From Alphaproteobacteria bacterium (lineage in GTDB: Bacteria; Pseudomonadota; Alphaproteobacteria; UBA2966): 64,000 nt of DNA. Every line of letters begins with the position of its first letter. The first letter of the stretch is position 1. The notes beneath the pieces were generated by a model, which was not told the DNA's origin, did not search any database, and worked only from the letters and a program-made list of their open reading frames with translations. Location of the stretch: positions 128,001 through 192,000 of the forward strand of contig OZ219856.1 of assembly GCA_964291395.2 (NCBI GenBank), read 5' to 3'. The position numbers and the translations under genes are program-made. Below, one piece after another: positions 8,883 to 21,185 of this stretch.

Positions 8883-10142
8883 CTAGCCGAACCGTGCGGC
8901 AATTGCCGAATAACTTTCGAGATGCTCGATCGGGCCGATCGCAGCCACCGCAGGCGCGGCACCGCTCACGATGCGGCTCGCAACCCGTGTCACCGCGGCG
9001 GCATCGACCGCGTCGATCTTTTCGACGATCTCCGGAATGGGGATCGGACGTCCGTAAATGAGGATCTGCCGACCCAGCTGTTCGCACCGCGACATCGAGC
9101 TTTCCAGGGCCATCTTCATTCCAGCCTTGTGCTGCGTCCGGGCGCGGGACAGTTCCTCTTCGTTGACGCCCTGGATGATTTCGTTGAGTTGATCGCAAAC
9201 CACGGGGACGAGTTCCCTGACCTCGGCCGGTCCCGTGCCCGCATAGACCCCGAACAAGCCGCAGTCCAGGTAGCTGGACGAAAACGAGAAGACCGAATAG
9301 GCGAGTCCCCGAACTTCGCGAACCTCCTGAAAGAGGCGGGACGACATGCCGCCGCCGAGGATCGTCGAGAGGATTTGCGCGGCATGGAAATCATCGTCGC
9401 CGAACGGCAACCCCTGAAATCCCAGGGTCAGATGCACCTGCTCCAGATCCCGCCGTTCGTGCCAGTCGCCGCCGGAAAACCGGCCCGCTTCACGCGACGT
9501 GCCGCTGCCTTCGGAGAGTTCGCCGAACCCCCGTTCCACGAGATCGACGAAGGCATCGTGGTCGACCTTGCCGCTCGCGGCCACAACCATGCCGGCTGCG
9601 CGGTAGTGCACGTCCATGTACCCCTGCAGCATGCGGCGGCCGAAGCCGCGGACGCGCTCGACGGTTCCGAGGATGGATCGGCCCAGCGGCTGGTCGGGGA
9701 ACGCAACTTCCTGGAGTCGATCGAAAATCAAATCGTCCGGCGTGTCCTGGGTCTGGCCGATCTCCTGGATGATGACCGCGCGCTCCCGCTCGAGTTCCTG
9801 ATCCTCGAAGGTCGAGTGCTGCAGGATGTCCGCAAGGATATCGACCGCGAGCGGCAGGTCGTCGGCGACGACGCGCGCGAGGTAGGCGGTCTGCTCCCGG
9901 GAGGTATAAGCGTTCAGATGGCCGCCGACCGCCTCGATCTCCTCGGCGATGCCCCGCGCCGTGCGGCGCCCCGTCCCCTTGAACGCCATGTGCTCGAGCA
10001 TGTGCGAGATGCCGTTGAGCTCCAATGCCTCGTTCCGGGCCCCGGTATCAACCCAGACGCCGACCGAAGTCGTTTCGACGCCCGCCATGCCGTCGGTCGC
10101 GATTCGCAGACCGTTGGGCAGCGTGGTTTCACAGACGCTCAC
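8883..10142 (-). CDS. M16 family zinc peptidase (MPP-like)
   Basis: HMLEH (HxxEH), LNAYTSRE, GGGMSSRLFQEVRE. Confidence 0.95.
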   Translation of the reverse strand: MSVCETTLPNGLRIATDGMAGVETTSVGVWVDTGARNEALELNGISHMLEHMAFKGTGRRTARGIAEEIEAVGGHLNAYTSREQTAYLARVVADDLPLAVDILADILQHSTFEDQELERERAVIIQEIGQTQDTPDDLIFDRLQEVAFPDQPLGRSILGTVERVRGFGRRMLQGYMDVHYRAAGMVVAASGKVDHDAFVDLVERGFGELSEGSGTSREAGRFSGGDWHERRDLEQVHLTLGFQGLPFGDDDFHAAQILSTILGGGMSSRLFQEVREVRGLAYSVFSFSSSYLDCGLFGVYAGTGPAEVRELVPVVCDQLNEIIQGVNEEELSRARTQHKAGMKMALESSMSRCEQLGRQILIYGRPIPIPEIVEKIDAVDAAAVTRVASRIVSGAAPAVAAIGPIEHLESYSAIAARFG

Positions 10143-11557
10143 GTCGTTGCTCCCCGTGCCTGGCCCGCGGAAACACGTTTCCGAATGTAGTCCTGAACGG
10201 CACCTACGTCGTTGGGCAGTTCATCGAATCTCTCGATGCGATCATACAGATCGGAGAGACGGGCCGGCAACGCGGGCCGGACGCCGGTGGCCTTCTCAAC
10301 GGCATCGGGAAACTTGGCGGGATGCGCCGTCGCGAGCACGACGACCGGGCTCCGCCGGTCCCGGGGCAGGGCGCGTGCCGCCGCCATGCCCACGGCCGTG
10401 TGTGGGTCGATCAGGATGCCGTTCTCCCGCCATGTCGCGGCGATGGATGACAGGGTCTCATCCTCGCCGACGGCGCGGGCGCTGAACAAGCGGCGGAGTC
10501 CCGTATGGCATGTGTCCCCAACTCGAAACCCGCCGGAGGTGTCGAGCTGCGACATAAGCGCCGCGACTGCCGTGCCGTCGCGTCCCATTCCCTCGAAGAG
10601 CAGACGCTCGAAGTTGCTCGAGACCTGAATGTCCATGCTCGGACTCATCGTCGGATGTACGTCATCCTTCCGGTACTCCGCACTTTCGAAGAAGCGGGCG
10701 AGGATGTCGTTCCGGTTGGTTGCGACGACCAAGTCTGAGACCGGCAGGCCCATCCGATGTGCGGCGTAGCCCGCGTAGATATCGCCGAAATTCCCGGTGG
10801 GCACGACGAACGTGACGCCACGGTCGGGTGCCCCCAGCGCGACGGCTGCATGGAAGTAATAGGCGATCTGCGCCATGATCCGGGCCCAATTGATCGAGTT
10901 CACCGCCGTCAACCCGAAAGACTCGCGAAACGCCCGGTCGTTGAACATGGCCTTCACCGCGGCCTGGCAATCGTCGAACGTTCCCGCCAGAGCGATGTTG
11001 TGGATGTTCGGTTCGGTCACCGTCGTCATCTGCCGACGCTGCACCTCGCTGACGCGGTCCTTGGGGTGCAACACGAAGGCGTCCACGCGCTCTAGTCCCC
11101 GGCAGGCGTCGATGGCCGCCGATCCGGTGTCGCCGGAGGTCGCCCCCACGACGGTGATGTGCTCGCCCCTGAGCGTCCGGGAATGATCGAACAGGCGCCC
11201 GAGTAGTTGCAGGGCATAGTCCTTGAACGCCAGCGTCGGACCATGAAAGAGCTCCAGCAGCCAGCGGTCAGCCGACAACTGTCTCAGGGGCGCGACCGCG
11301 GCGTCATCGAAGCGGGTGTAAGCCTCCGAGATCATGCGCTCCAGATCCTCGGGCGGAATGGCGTCGCCGACGTAGGGGGCCGTGACTCGCCGAACGACAT
11401 CCGCGTATGGCAAGCCCGCGAGGTCACGGATCTCTTTTTCGCCAAGGCTGGGCCATTCGTCGGGCACATAAAGCCCGCCGTCGGGCGCGAGCCCGGCGAG
11501 CAACAGCTCATCGAAACTGACTGGTGGGGCCTCGCCCCGTGTACTGACGTAGCGCAC
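10139..11557 (-). CDS. thrC: Threonine synthase
   Basis: MRYVSTRG, LELFHGPTLAFKD, ATSGDTG, NSINWAR, PTGNFG. Confidence 0.97.
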   Translation of the reverse strand: MRYVSTRGEAPPVSFDELLLAGLAPDGGLYVPDEWPSLGEKEIRDLAGLPYADVVRRVTAPYVGDAIPPEDLERMISEAYTRFDDAAVAPLRQLSADRWLLELFHGPTLAFKDYALQLLGRLFDHSRTLRGEHITVVGATSGDTGSAAIDACRGLERVDAFVLHPKDRVSEVQRRQMTTVTEPNIHNIALAGTFDDCQAAVKAMFNDRAFRESFGLTAVNSINWARIMAQIAYYFHAAVALGAPDRGVTFVVPTGNFGDIYAGYAAHRMGLPVSDLVVATNRNDILARFFESAEYRKDDVHPTMSPSMDIQVSSNFERLLFEGMGRDGTAVAALMSQLDTSGGFRVGDTCHTGLRRLFSARAVGEDETLSSIAATWRENGILIDPHTAVGMAAARALPRDRRSPVVVLATAHPAKFPDAVEKATGVRPALPARLSDLYDRIERFDELPNDVGAVQDYIRKRVSAGQARGATT

Positions 11558-11710
11558 GCACCGATGTCCCGAGGTCTCTGAAACGGCGGCGCAACCCTAG
11601 TGATGCCCGGCGGCAGGTGCAAGGTAAGGCCATTTCGCAAGTTTGCTCGAAGTCGGATGCATTGTCGCGCCCTGCTTGAAGCCGTCCTCGCGAACTGAAA
11701 CGGGGGCGAC

Positions 11711-13204
11711 CTACTCGAGATACCGCGTCCTCAGGTGGTCCTTGAAGCCGTCGACATCGAACGATCGCCCCGTGGCCTGCACGAGAATCTCCTGAGGCGT
11801 ATAACGCGAGCCGCATTCGTGGACGTTCGCTCGCAGCCACGAGAGCAGCGGTTCGAAATCACCCTTCTCGAGGCCCGGCACGACCTCTGCGTCCGCCTCA
11901 CGGGCAGCCGCGAACAACTGCGCTGCCGCGATGGCCCCCAGCGTATACGTCGGGAAGTATCCGAACCCGCCGCTGAACCAGTGAATGTCCTGCATGCAGC
12001 CGTCGCGGTCGTCGTTCGGTTGGACACCAAGGCAGTTCCGCATGCCCTCACGCCAGGCATCCGGAAGATCCGCGACTTTCAGGTCTCCGGCGATCAGGGC
12101 GCGTTCGAGATGGAAGCGCATGACGACGTGGGCGGGATAGGTGACCTCGTCCGCATCGACCCGGATGAGACCGGGCTGGACTCGCCGATAGACGCGTATG
12201 AGGTTGTCGGCCTGCCATTCGACCCCTTCGCCGCCGAACGTCTCACGGACCAGCCCCGCCAGGCAGCGGATAAAGGCATCGCTACGGCACGCCTGCATTT
12301 CGACGATCAAGGATTGGCTTTCGTGCATCGACATCCCGCGCGACGCGCCGACGGGCTGATGACGCCATTTCTCGGGCAAGCCCTTCTCGTAGAGCGCGTG
12401 TCCCGTCTCGTGCAGGATCGCCATCAGCCCGCTGGTGAAATCGTGCTCGTCGTAGCGGGTCGTCAGCCGCTGGTCTTCGCGAACGCCACCGGTGAACGGG
12501 TGATGGCTGGTGTCGAGGCGACCGTGGCCGAAGTCGAAGCCGAGACGGCGCATGAGCTTTTCTCCGAGACGCCGTTGCGCATCGACGGGAAATCGCCCCC
12601 GCGGTGGCGCGGCAGAGGGTTCGCCACGCTGCGACTCGACGACTTCGCCGATGAAACCGTTCAGGAAGTTCGACAATTCGTCGAAAATCGGCTCGACTTC
12701 GGCGGCCCTGGAGCCTGGGTCGTGGATGTCCAGCAACGCATCGTAGGGCGTGCAGCGGAGGGGCCCGCTCTTCGCTTCAGCCGATTCGCGCGTGAGCCGG
12801 ACGACCTGCTCCAGATAGGGCCGTACCGCTGCAAAGTCGTCATTGGCGCGCGCCTCCCGCCAGACGACCTCGCAAGTGGAACACGCCTGGCTGAGCGCCC
12901 GAACCAGTTCGGCAGGAACGGCATTGGCATGCAGCCAGCGCCGACGCATCTCGACCAGGTTGGCTCGTTGCCAGTCGTCGAGACCTTCGGCGTCACCTTC
13001 CGCCGCGTCGAGTAACTCGGCGAGACCGGCGTCGGTGAGTATCTCATGACAAACGAGCGCCAGCTCCGCCAACTGGTCGCTGCGGGCGGCGGCACCCCCC
13101 ATCGGCATCATGACGGCCGAATCCCAGTGCAGAACCGCCACGGCACCCCGCAGCACCGAGTGTCGCCGAAAGCGTGTCTCGAGTTCCTCGTAGGCCGTCG
13201 CCAT
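11711..13204 (-). CDS. Carboxypeptidase M32
   Basis: HPF, HETGHALYE, HESQS, IRVDADEVTY, GCMQDIHW, GYFPTY. Confidence 0.95.
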   Translation of the reverse strand: MATAYEELETRFRRHSVLRGAVAVLHWDSAVMMPMGGAAARSDQLAELALVCHEILTDAGLAELLDAAEGDAEGLDDWQRANLVEMRRRWLHANAVPAELVRALSQACSTCEVVWREARANDDFAAVRPYLEQVVRLTRESAEAKSGPLRCTPYDALLDIHDPGSRAAEVEPIFDELSNFLNGFIGEVVESQRGEPSAAPPRGRFPVDAQRRLGEKLMRRLGFDFGHGRLDTSHHPFTGGVREDQRLTTRYDEHDFTSGLMAILHETGHALYEKGLPEKWRHQPVGASRGMSMHESQSLIVEMQACRSDAFIRCLAGLVRETFGGEGVEWQADNLIRVYRRVQPGLIRVDADEVTYPAHVVMRFHLERALIAGDLKVADLPDAWREGMRNCLGVQPNDDRDGCMQDIHWFSGGFGYFPTYTLGAIAAAQLFAAAREADAEVVPGLEKGDFEPLLSWLRANVHECGSRYTPQEILVQATGRSFDVDGFKDHLRTRYLE

Positions 13205-13935
13205 CAGTGTTCCTTCGAATGGCGCTTGAGCTCTCTCACCGCAAACGCCAGGTAGATGATCACCAACGCGGCCGCCAGTGTGTACCAGGTGATCGCGTAC
13301 TCGAGATGGTCGTTGCGCAGCTTGGTTCGCGTCTGCCCCCCGACCGGATATCCGCCAGGAATGGGCAAGGCGTCGGCCTCGACGATGAACGGCGCGACGG
13401 TCGAACCCAGTATGTCCGCCATCTGTTCGATATCGACGTGGTGCCAGACGCCGGCCGTCGGATCGTTTTCGGGCGTGAACCAGCCGCGACGTTTCGAGTC
13501 CGTGCGTACGATGCCAGCGACGTCAACGACTCCCTCGATCTGCCCAGCGTGACGGCGTTGAGGTCTGATCAGCTCGTTCGGCACCCATCCCCGGTTGATC
13601 AGGATCACTTGAAATCCCGAGAGAGCCGGGCGAGGCATAAAGGGTGTCACCACATGAATGCCGGCCCGGCCCTTCGACGTGCGGGACAACAGATGAAACT
13701 CCTGATCATGCAAGTATTCCCCCCGCACCACGATGCGACGGAAATTCAGATCACCCACGGACTCGGGCATCTCATCGAGTGTAGCGACGGCGCGCGCCAG
13801 CCGCGCCTCGCGCTCCGCGATCAACGCAGCCTTCCACTTCAGGCGTTCGACCTGCCATGTCCCCAAGCCCGCGAGCAGCACGACTCCGGGCACCGCCACG
13901 ATTGTCGGCCACAGGAGAAGACGAAGGCGGGACAC
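13204..13935 (-). CDS. SURF1 family cytochrome oxidase assembly protein
   Basis: LGTWQVERLKWK, INRGWVP, NDHLEYAITWY. Confidence 0.95.
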   Translation of the reverse strand: MSRLRLLLWPTIVAVPGVVLLAGLGTWQVERLKWKAALIAEREARLARAVATLDEMPESVGDLNFRRIVVRGEYLHDQEFHLLSRTSKGRAGIHVVTPFMPRPALSGFQVILINRGWVPNELIRPQRRHAGQIEGVVDVAGIVRTDSKRRGWFTPENDPTAGVWHHVDIEQMADILGSTVAPFIVEADALPIPGGYPVGGQTRTKLRNDHLEYAITWYTLAAALVIIYLAFAVRELKRHSKEH

Positions 13936-13943
13936 CTCGGGGC

Positions 13944-14306
13944 TCAGAGCGCCGGAGGCCGCTCACCGGCCTGATAATGATGCCGGAGCGCTATCAGGAG
14001 CGACTTCGACACGCGCAGCAGGCCGAGCGAGGCGGCCAGGATCAGGGGAATCCAGACCACGAGATGCAGCCAGACAGGCGGCTCGTATCTGATTTCAATC
14101 AAGAGCGCCGCCGCAACGATGAGGAATCCGACGATGAGGATGACGAAAACCGCGGGACCGTCTCCTGCGTCATGGTCGCGCAAGTCCAGGCCGCAGTGAC
14201 CGCAGGCCTCGTTGACGTTCAGATATCCCGAGTAGAGCCTCCCCTCCCCGCAGCCGGGACAGCGGCAGCCGAGTCCGGCGCGGAAGGGGGAAACCCGTGG
14301 CCTCAC
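13944..14306 (-). CDS. DUF983 family membrane protein
   Basis: CRCPGCGEGRLY...CGHCG, DGPAVFVILIVG, PPVWLH; GTG start overlaps coxC stop (GTGA). Confidence 0.88.
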   Translation of the reverse strand: MRPRVSPFRAGLGCRCPGCGEGRLYSGYLNVNEACGHCGLDLRDHDAGDGPAVFVILIVGFLIVAAALLIEIRYEPPVWLHLVVWIPLILAASLGLLRVSKSLLIALRHHYQAGERPPAL

Positions 14307-15157
14307 CCCTGAAGTGCTACGGCGTTCCAGCTCGCCCACCAGTAGACGAAGGTGAACAGGAACAGCCACACGACGTCGACGAAGTGCCAATACCAGGCCG
14401 CCGCCTCGAAGCCGAAGTGATGATCCGGCTTGAAGTGGCCCTTGTAGGCGCGAATCAGGCAAACCGTCAGGAAGCACGTCCCGATGATGACATGCGCACC
14501 GTGGAAGCCGGTCGCCATGAAGAACGTGGAACCGAAGATCCCGCCGTCCATGGTGAACGAGGCGTGTACATACTCGTAAGCCTGGACGCCCGTGAACGCG
14601 ACACCGAGGAGAATGGTAAGCCACAGGCCGAAGATCAGGTTGCGGCGGTCGCCTTCCTTGAGCGCGTGGTGCGCCCAGGTGACGGTGGTTCCCGAGGTCA
14701 GGAGGATGATGGTGTTGAGGAACGGCAGCGACCAGGGGTTGAACGGCGTCACGCTGGTCGGCGGCCACTGACCTCCGGTGTATTCGGCCCGGCCGATCAT
14801 CTCCATGCTGTTCTCGCTGCCGCCGGGGTAAAGCGAGGCATCGAAAAAGGCCCAGAACCAAGCGAGGAAGAACATCACTTCGGAGGCGATGAACAACACC
14901 ATGCCGTAACGCAATCCGATCTGGACGACCGGCGTGTGGTCGCCGCGAACCTCACCTTCGTCGACGACGTCCCGCCACCAACCGATCATGGTGTATACGA
15001 GGATCGCCGCGCCGATCACGAGCACCCACGGCGTCATATCGTGCATGTAAAAGATCAGGCCGAACGCCGTCACGAGGGCGCCGAAGGCCCCCACCGCGGG
15101 CCATGGACTCGGGTCCACGAGGTGGTAGCTATGTCCTCTTGCGTGAGTGTCAGCCAT
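14303..15157 (-). CDS. coxC: Cytochrome c oxidase subunit III
   Basis: HLVDPSPWP, FIASEVMFF, TGFHGAHV, AWYWHFVDVVWLFL. Confidence 0.97.
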   Translation of the reverse strand: MADTHARGHSYHLVDPSPWPAVGAFGALVTAFGLIFYMHDMTPWVLVIGAAILVYTMIGWWRDVVDEGEVRGDHTPVVQIGLRYGMVLFIASEVMFFLAWFWAFFDASLYPGGSENSMEMIGRAEYTGGQWPPTSVTPFNPWSLPFLNTIILLTSGTTVTWAHHALKEGDRRNLIFGLWLTILLGVAFTGVQAYEYVHASFTMDGGIFGSTFFMATGFHGAHVIIGTCFLTVCLIRAYKGHFKPDHHFGFEAAAWYWHFVDVVWLFLFTFVYWWASWNAVALQG

Positions 15158-15218
15158 CTTTCCTCTTCACTCCTGAGCGTTTGATTCGCTACTTGCCGGC
15201 AATCTATCTCATGCGCCG

Positions 15219-15830
15219 TCAGTTGACGGTTCCCCGGCCGGTTTCCAGTGCGGACGTCTGCCGAGGCTTCGGCGCCGCGGCATCATCGTCTTCCTCGTCC
15301 GTCTCGGCCTCGAAGAACGTGTAGGACAGCGTGATCGTCTTCACGTCGGACAGGTTGGGATCGTCCAGGATCGCCGGATCGATGAAGAACGACACCGGCA
15401 TTTCGGCGCGTTCCCCAGGTGCCAGAGCCTGACGTTCGAAGCAGAAGCAGTCGATCTTGTCGAAATACGGTCCCGCTTTGTGAGGCGTGACATTGAAGGT
15501 CGCGGTTCCGGTGATCGCATGCTCCGCCTCGTTACGCGCCTCATAAAACGCGAGCGTTTCCTCGCCGACCCGCACCACGACCTCGCGCTGCAGCGGGCGG
15601 AAGCGCCACGGCAATCCGCCGGACGCATCGGCGTTGAACCGAACGGTCACGAGCCGCTCACCCACGGGACCCGGCGCGGCAATCGCCGTCTGCGTGGTGC
15701 CACCGTACCCCGTTACCTGGCAGAACAGCTGGTAGAGCGGCACGGCCGCATAGGCCATGGCCGCCATGCCGGCAACCACACCCGCCAGCATCACGGCGGT
15801 TCGCCTGTTCCTCCGATTCGGTACCGTCAT
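15219..15830 (-). CDS. ctaG: Cytochrome c oxidase assembly protein Cox11/CtaG
   Basis: VPLYQLFCQVTGYGGT, KIDCFCF, LSYTFF. Confidence 0.96.
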   Translation of the reverse strand: MTVPNRRNRRTAVMLAGVVAGMAAMAYAAVPLYQLFCQVTGYGGTTQTAIAAPGPVGERLVTVRFNADASGGLPWRFRPLQREVVVRVGEETLAFYEARNEAEHAITGTATFNVTPHKAGPYFDKIDCFCFERQALAPGERAEMPVSFFIDPAILDDPNLSDVKTITLSYTFFEAETDEEDDDAAAPKPRQTSALETGRGTVN

Positions 15831-15952
15831 CAGCCGCCCGTCTTCAGTTTGACAATTGTGAGAACGTAGAAGAGGACGACCAGACCGACGAGCACGGCAC
15901 CCAACAGCATGTTTCGGCCACGGCGGCGCTTATGTTCCTGGGATAGCGGCAT
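15830..15952 (-). CDS. Small membrane protein (40 aa) of the cox operon (CoxF-like); absent from the ORF track
   Basis: Hand translation MPLSQEHKRRRGRNMLLGAVLVGLVVLFYVLTIVKLKTGG*; fills the ctaB-ctaG gap exactly and its stop overlaps the ctaG ATG. Confidence 0.8.
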   Translation of the reverse strand: MPLSQEHKRRRGRNMLLGAVLVGLVVLFYVLTIVKLKTGG

Positions 15953-15953
15953 G

Positions 15954-16859
15954 TCATCCTGACAAGCCCGTCGAGATGTCGATCACGAGCAAGGCGAAGA
16001 TCGAGAACAGGTAAATGATCGAAAATCCGAACAGGTGGCGCGCCGAACTTTCGTCCCGCGCGGTTCGCACCCTGATCGCACCCGCCAGGAACAGTGCGCC
16101 CAACGCCGCGGCTCCGGCGGCGTAAACCAGCCCCGCAAATCCGAGCGCCGCCGGGATCAGGCTCACCGGCACCAGGATCACGCTGTAAAGAAGGATCTGG
16201 CGGCGTGTCTCTTCGAGTCCGGCCACCACCGGCAGCATGGGGACGCCAGCTCGGGCGTATTCCCCCGACCGGTAGAGGGCCAGAGCCCAGAAGTGGGGCG
16301 GAGTCCAGACAAATATGATCGCGAACAAAACCATCGGCTCGACCGACATCTCGCCGGTCACCGCCACCCAGCCGATCAACGGCGGGAATGCGCCGGCCGC
16401 GCCGCCGATCACGATGTTCTGAGGCGTCCGACGCTTGAGCCAGATCGTATAGACGAACACGTAGAAAGCGATAGCGGCGGCAAGGACCGCGGCAGCCGGG
16501 ATATTGACCGCGAGGCCCATCAACGCCACCGACGCAACTGCCAATGTCACGCCGAAGCCCAGCGCGTCGCCTTTCGCAATCCGTCCCTGCGGTACAGGCC
16601 GCGCGCGGGTGCGTTGCATGACAGCGTCAATGTCCGCGTCGTACCACATGTTGATTGCTCCGGACGCACCGGCCCCGATGGCGATGCAGAGCACTGCGAT
16701 TCCGGCGAGCACAGGATGCAGTGTGCCGGGCGCTACCAGCAGTCCCACCAAGCCCGTGAACACGACGAGCGACATGACTCGAGGCTTCAACAGCGCCACG
16801 TAGTCGGAGGCGCCCGAATCGGCGATCTCCGGGCGAACGTATGCGCTGCTGATGGTCAT
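15954..16859 (-). CDS. ctaB: Protoheme IX farnesyltransferase (heme O synthase)
   Basis: [49 protein letters not shown]. Confidence 0.96.
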   Translation of the reverse strand: MTISSAYVRPEIADSGASDYVALLKPRVMSLVVFTGLVGLLVAPGTLHPVLAGIAVLCIAIGAGASGAINMWYDADIDAVMQRTRARPVPQGRIAKGDALGFGVTLAVASVALMGLAVNIPAAAVLAAAIAFYVFVYTIWLKRRTPQNIVIGGAAGAFPPLIGWVAVTGEMSVEPMVLFAIIFVWTPPHFWALALYRSGEYARAGVPMLPVVAGLEETRRQILLYSVILVPVSLIPAALGFAGLVYAAGAAALGALFLAGAIRVRTARDESSARHLFGFSIIYLFSIFALLVIDISTGLSG

Positions 16860-16888
16860 GGTCTGATCAGCCGATCACCCCGCGCCAG

Positions 16889-18514
<1,626 letters not shown>

Positions 18515-19357
18515 TTACTCGGCGCGTACACCGACGCTTGCCACCCGAGTCGGATCAGGATCCGTATTCCCGGCGAATTCCTCCTTCGCCTTCTCGACCC
18601 ATGCCGCGAACTCGTCCTTCGACACCGCCTTCACCATGATCGGCATGAACCCGTGGTTGGACCCGCACAATTCGGAGCATTGCCCGTAGTACGTGCCCTC
18701 CTTGTCGATGCGGAACCAGGTTTCGTTGAGACGTCCCGGAACCGCGTCCATCTTTACCCCAAACGCGGGCACGGCCCACGCGTGGATGACATCGTTGGCG
18801 GTCAAGAGCAGGCGTATCGTGGTATCGACCGGCAGGACTACAGCATTGTCCGTGGTCAACAGCCGGAGGTCGCCATCCTCGAGATCGGCGTCGTCCACCA
18901 TGATGGCATCGAAGGTCAGTTCGTCGTGATCGGGGTATTCATAGGTCCAGAAGAATTGATTGCCCGCGACCTTTAGGGTCATGTCCGCGTCCACGGCGCG
19001 GTCGGCATAATACATCAGCTTGAACGAGGGCACCGCGATCACGACCAGGATGATGATCGGGATTACCGTCCACAGGACCTCGATCGTCGTGTTGTGCGTC
19101 GTCCTGCTCGGTGTGGGGTTCGCTTTTGCGTTGAACTTGATGAAGACGTAGATCATCAGGGCCAGCACGAAAACGCTGATCAGAGTGATGACGATCAGCA
19201 GGAAATCGTGGAACCCGTCGACCCATTCCATGACGGGCGATGCTGCCGGCTGAAATCCCATCTGCCAAGGGGTGGGCTGCGCCGCGAGAGCAAGTCCACC
19301 ACTCGATACGGTTATGGCCGACGCCATCACCGTGGACAGCCACTTGAAGATTCTCAT
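18515..19357 (-). CDS. coxB: Cytochrome c oxidase subunit II
   Basis: DVIHAW, CuA motif CSELCGSNHGFM. Confidence 0.97.
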   Translation of the reverse strand: MRIFKWLSTVMASAITVSSGGLALAAQPTPWQMGFQPAASPVMEWVDGFHDFLLIVITLISVFVLALMIYVFIKFNAKANPTPSRTTHNTTIEVLWTVIPIIILVVIAVPSFKLMYYADRAVDADMTLKVAGNQFFWTYEYPDHDELTFDAIMVDDADLEDGDLRLLTTDNAVVLPVDTTIRLLLTANDVIHAWAVPAFGVKMDAVPGRLNETWFRIDKEGTYYGQCSELCGSNHGFMPIMVKAVSKDEFAAWVEKAKEEFAGNTDPDPTRVASVGVRAE

Positions 19358-19706
19358 AATGAATCACGTCTCCTCGTTGCCGGGGCCCGAGCGTCAATTT
19401 CCGCCGCATGGTCGAACGGACACCGACTTGGTTCGCGAAAACCTGGGACAATTACAGGTTCGGGCGGCCGACAATCCAGCCGCTTCCGTAACGCACCGAC
19501 CTGCCTGCCAACCAGCCTGCGAATTGGCCCGGAGAGTACACCAGAGAGAACGCCGATAACAAGACTGCGAAATCGACATGAATCCCGCAGGATTCAAAGG
19601 CTTGAGAGGTATGAATCGCGTCGCAACCGCACTATGTTTCCGAGTCCTCGGCAGAGGACTGCCCTCGCTGCCCAGAATGCCGTAACCATCAATCGGATGC
19701 CAGCAC

Positions 19707-21143
19707 ATGACCGAAGCTGCTCACGCAGAACGACTGTTCTTCGATCGCGCAAGTCTCGACAAGAACCGGGTCCAAACCATCGTCGACGACGCCCTGGCGG
19801 GTGCGGACGACGGCGAGCTCTTCCTTGAGTATCGCCAATCCGAGGGCTTCAGTTGGGATGACGGCAGATTGAAGGCCGCGAGCTTCGATACGAGTCAGGG
19901 TTTCGGCCTGCGGATGGTCTCGGACGAATCGACCGGCTACGCGCACGCTTCGGAACTCAGCGAAGACGCCTTGAAGCGGGCTGCGAGCTCCGCCGCCGCG
20001 GTACGCGCCGGCCATCAGGGTTCCCTGGCAGAAGCTCCCAGCGGCACCAACCAGCGCCTTTACGTCGAGGACGATCCCCTGGCCGCCCTCGACTTCGAAA
20101 CCAAGGTCAGGCTTCTGTCGGACATCGACAGCTACCTTCGGGACAAAGACGCCCGCGTCCGGCAGGTATCCTGCTCGCTCTCCGCCTCGTGGCAGGCCGT
20201 ACAGATCATCAGGGCGGGCGGACTTCAGATCGGCGACGTACGGCCGCTCGTCCGGCTCAACATCTCGACGGTCGTGGGCGAAGGGGGTCGCCAGGAGGCC
20301 GGGTCCCAGGGCACGGGGGGGCGGTCCCTTTACGATCGCTATATCGGTCCCGACGTCTGGCGCGCGGTGGCCGACGAATCGCTGCGCCAAGCGCTCGTCA
20401 ATCTGGAGTCGACTCCCGCGCCGGCAGGCGAGATGCCGGTGGTCCTGGGGCCGGGCTGGCCGGGCATCCTGCTGCACGAAGCTATCGGTCACGGCCTGGA
20501 GGGCGATTTCAACCGCAAGAAGACCAGTGCCTTCTCCGATCTGCTCGGCGAACGGGTGGCGTCGCCCGGGGTCACGGTGATCGACGACGGGTCTATTTCA
20601 GAACGCCGCGGATCGCTCACGGTCGACGACGAAGGGACGCCGACGGAAGCCACGGTTCTGATCGAGGACGGTATCCTCAAGGGCTATCTGCAGGACAGGC
20701 TCAATGCCCGTCTCATGGGGATGCGGCCGACCGGAAACGGCCGTCGGCAGGACTTTGCCCACTCGCCGATGCCGCGGATGACCAACACGTTCATGCTCGG
20801 CGGCGACCGTGACCCGGAAGAGATCCTGGCCTCGGTCGATCAGGGGCTGTACGCGGTCTCCTTCGGCGGTGGCCAAGTCGACATCACGAGTGGCAAGTTC
20901 GTGTTCACGTGCACCGAGGCCTACCGCATCGAGGACGGGAAGATAGGAGCCCCGGTCAAAGGGGCGACGTTGATCGGCCATGGGCCCGACGTGCTCACCA
21001 AGGTGTCGGCCGTCGGCAACGACATGAAGCTGGACCCGGGCGTCGGAGTGTGCGGCAAGAACGGGCAAGGCGTGCCTGTCGGCGTCGGTCAGCCGACGCT
21101 TCTCGTGGACAATCTGACGGTCGGCGGGACAGAGGCCGTTTAG
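19707..21143 (+). CDS. tldD: Metalloprotease TldD
   Basis: LHEAIGHGLEGDFNRK, PRMTNT, CGKNGQGVPVGVGQPT. Confidence 0.96.
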   Translation: MTEAAHAERLFFDRASLDKNRVQTIVDDALAGADDGELFLEYRQSEGFSWDDGRLKAASFDTSQGFGLRMVSDESTGYAHASELSEDALKRAASSAAAVRAGHQGSLAEAPSGTNQRLYVEDDPLAALDFETKVRLLSDIDSYLRDKDARVRQVSCSLSASWQAVQIIRAGGLQIGDVRPLVRLNISTVVGEGGRQEAGSQGTGGRSLYDRYIGPDVWRAVADESLRQALVNLESTPAPAGEMPVVLGPGWPGILLHEAIGHGLEGDFNRKKTSAFSDLLGERVASPGVTVIDDGSISERRGSLTVDDEGTPTEATVLIEDGILKGYLQDRLNARLMGMRPTGNGRRQDFAHSPMPRMTNTFMLGGDRDPEEILASVDQGLYAVSFGGGQVDITSGKFVFTCTEAYRIEDGKIGAPVKGATLIGHGPDVLTKVSAVGNDMKLDPGVGVCGKNGQGVPVGVGQPTLLVDNLTVGGTEAV

Positions 21144-21148
21144 GGGAG

Positions 21149-21166
21149 CGCCGGGGTCGGACCCCG
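21149..21166. terminator. GC hairpin between convergent tldD and gshA
   Basis: CCGGGGTC-G-GACCCCGG inverted repeat in a 42-bp convergent gap; no U-tract. Confidence 0.4.
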
Positions 21167-21185
21167 GGCCCGGCCCCAATTCGCT

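Noticed and set aside
19358-19706. 350-bp coxB/tldD divergent gap with TGAATCC-CGCA-GGATTCA palindrome
   Set aside because: Probably promoters; no convincing FNR or RegA consensus, ORF or ncRNA that I can support
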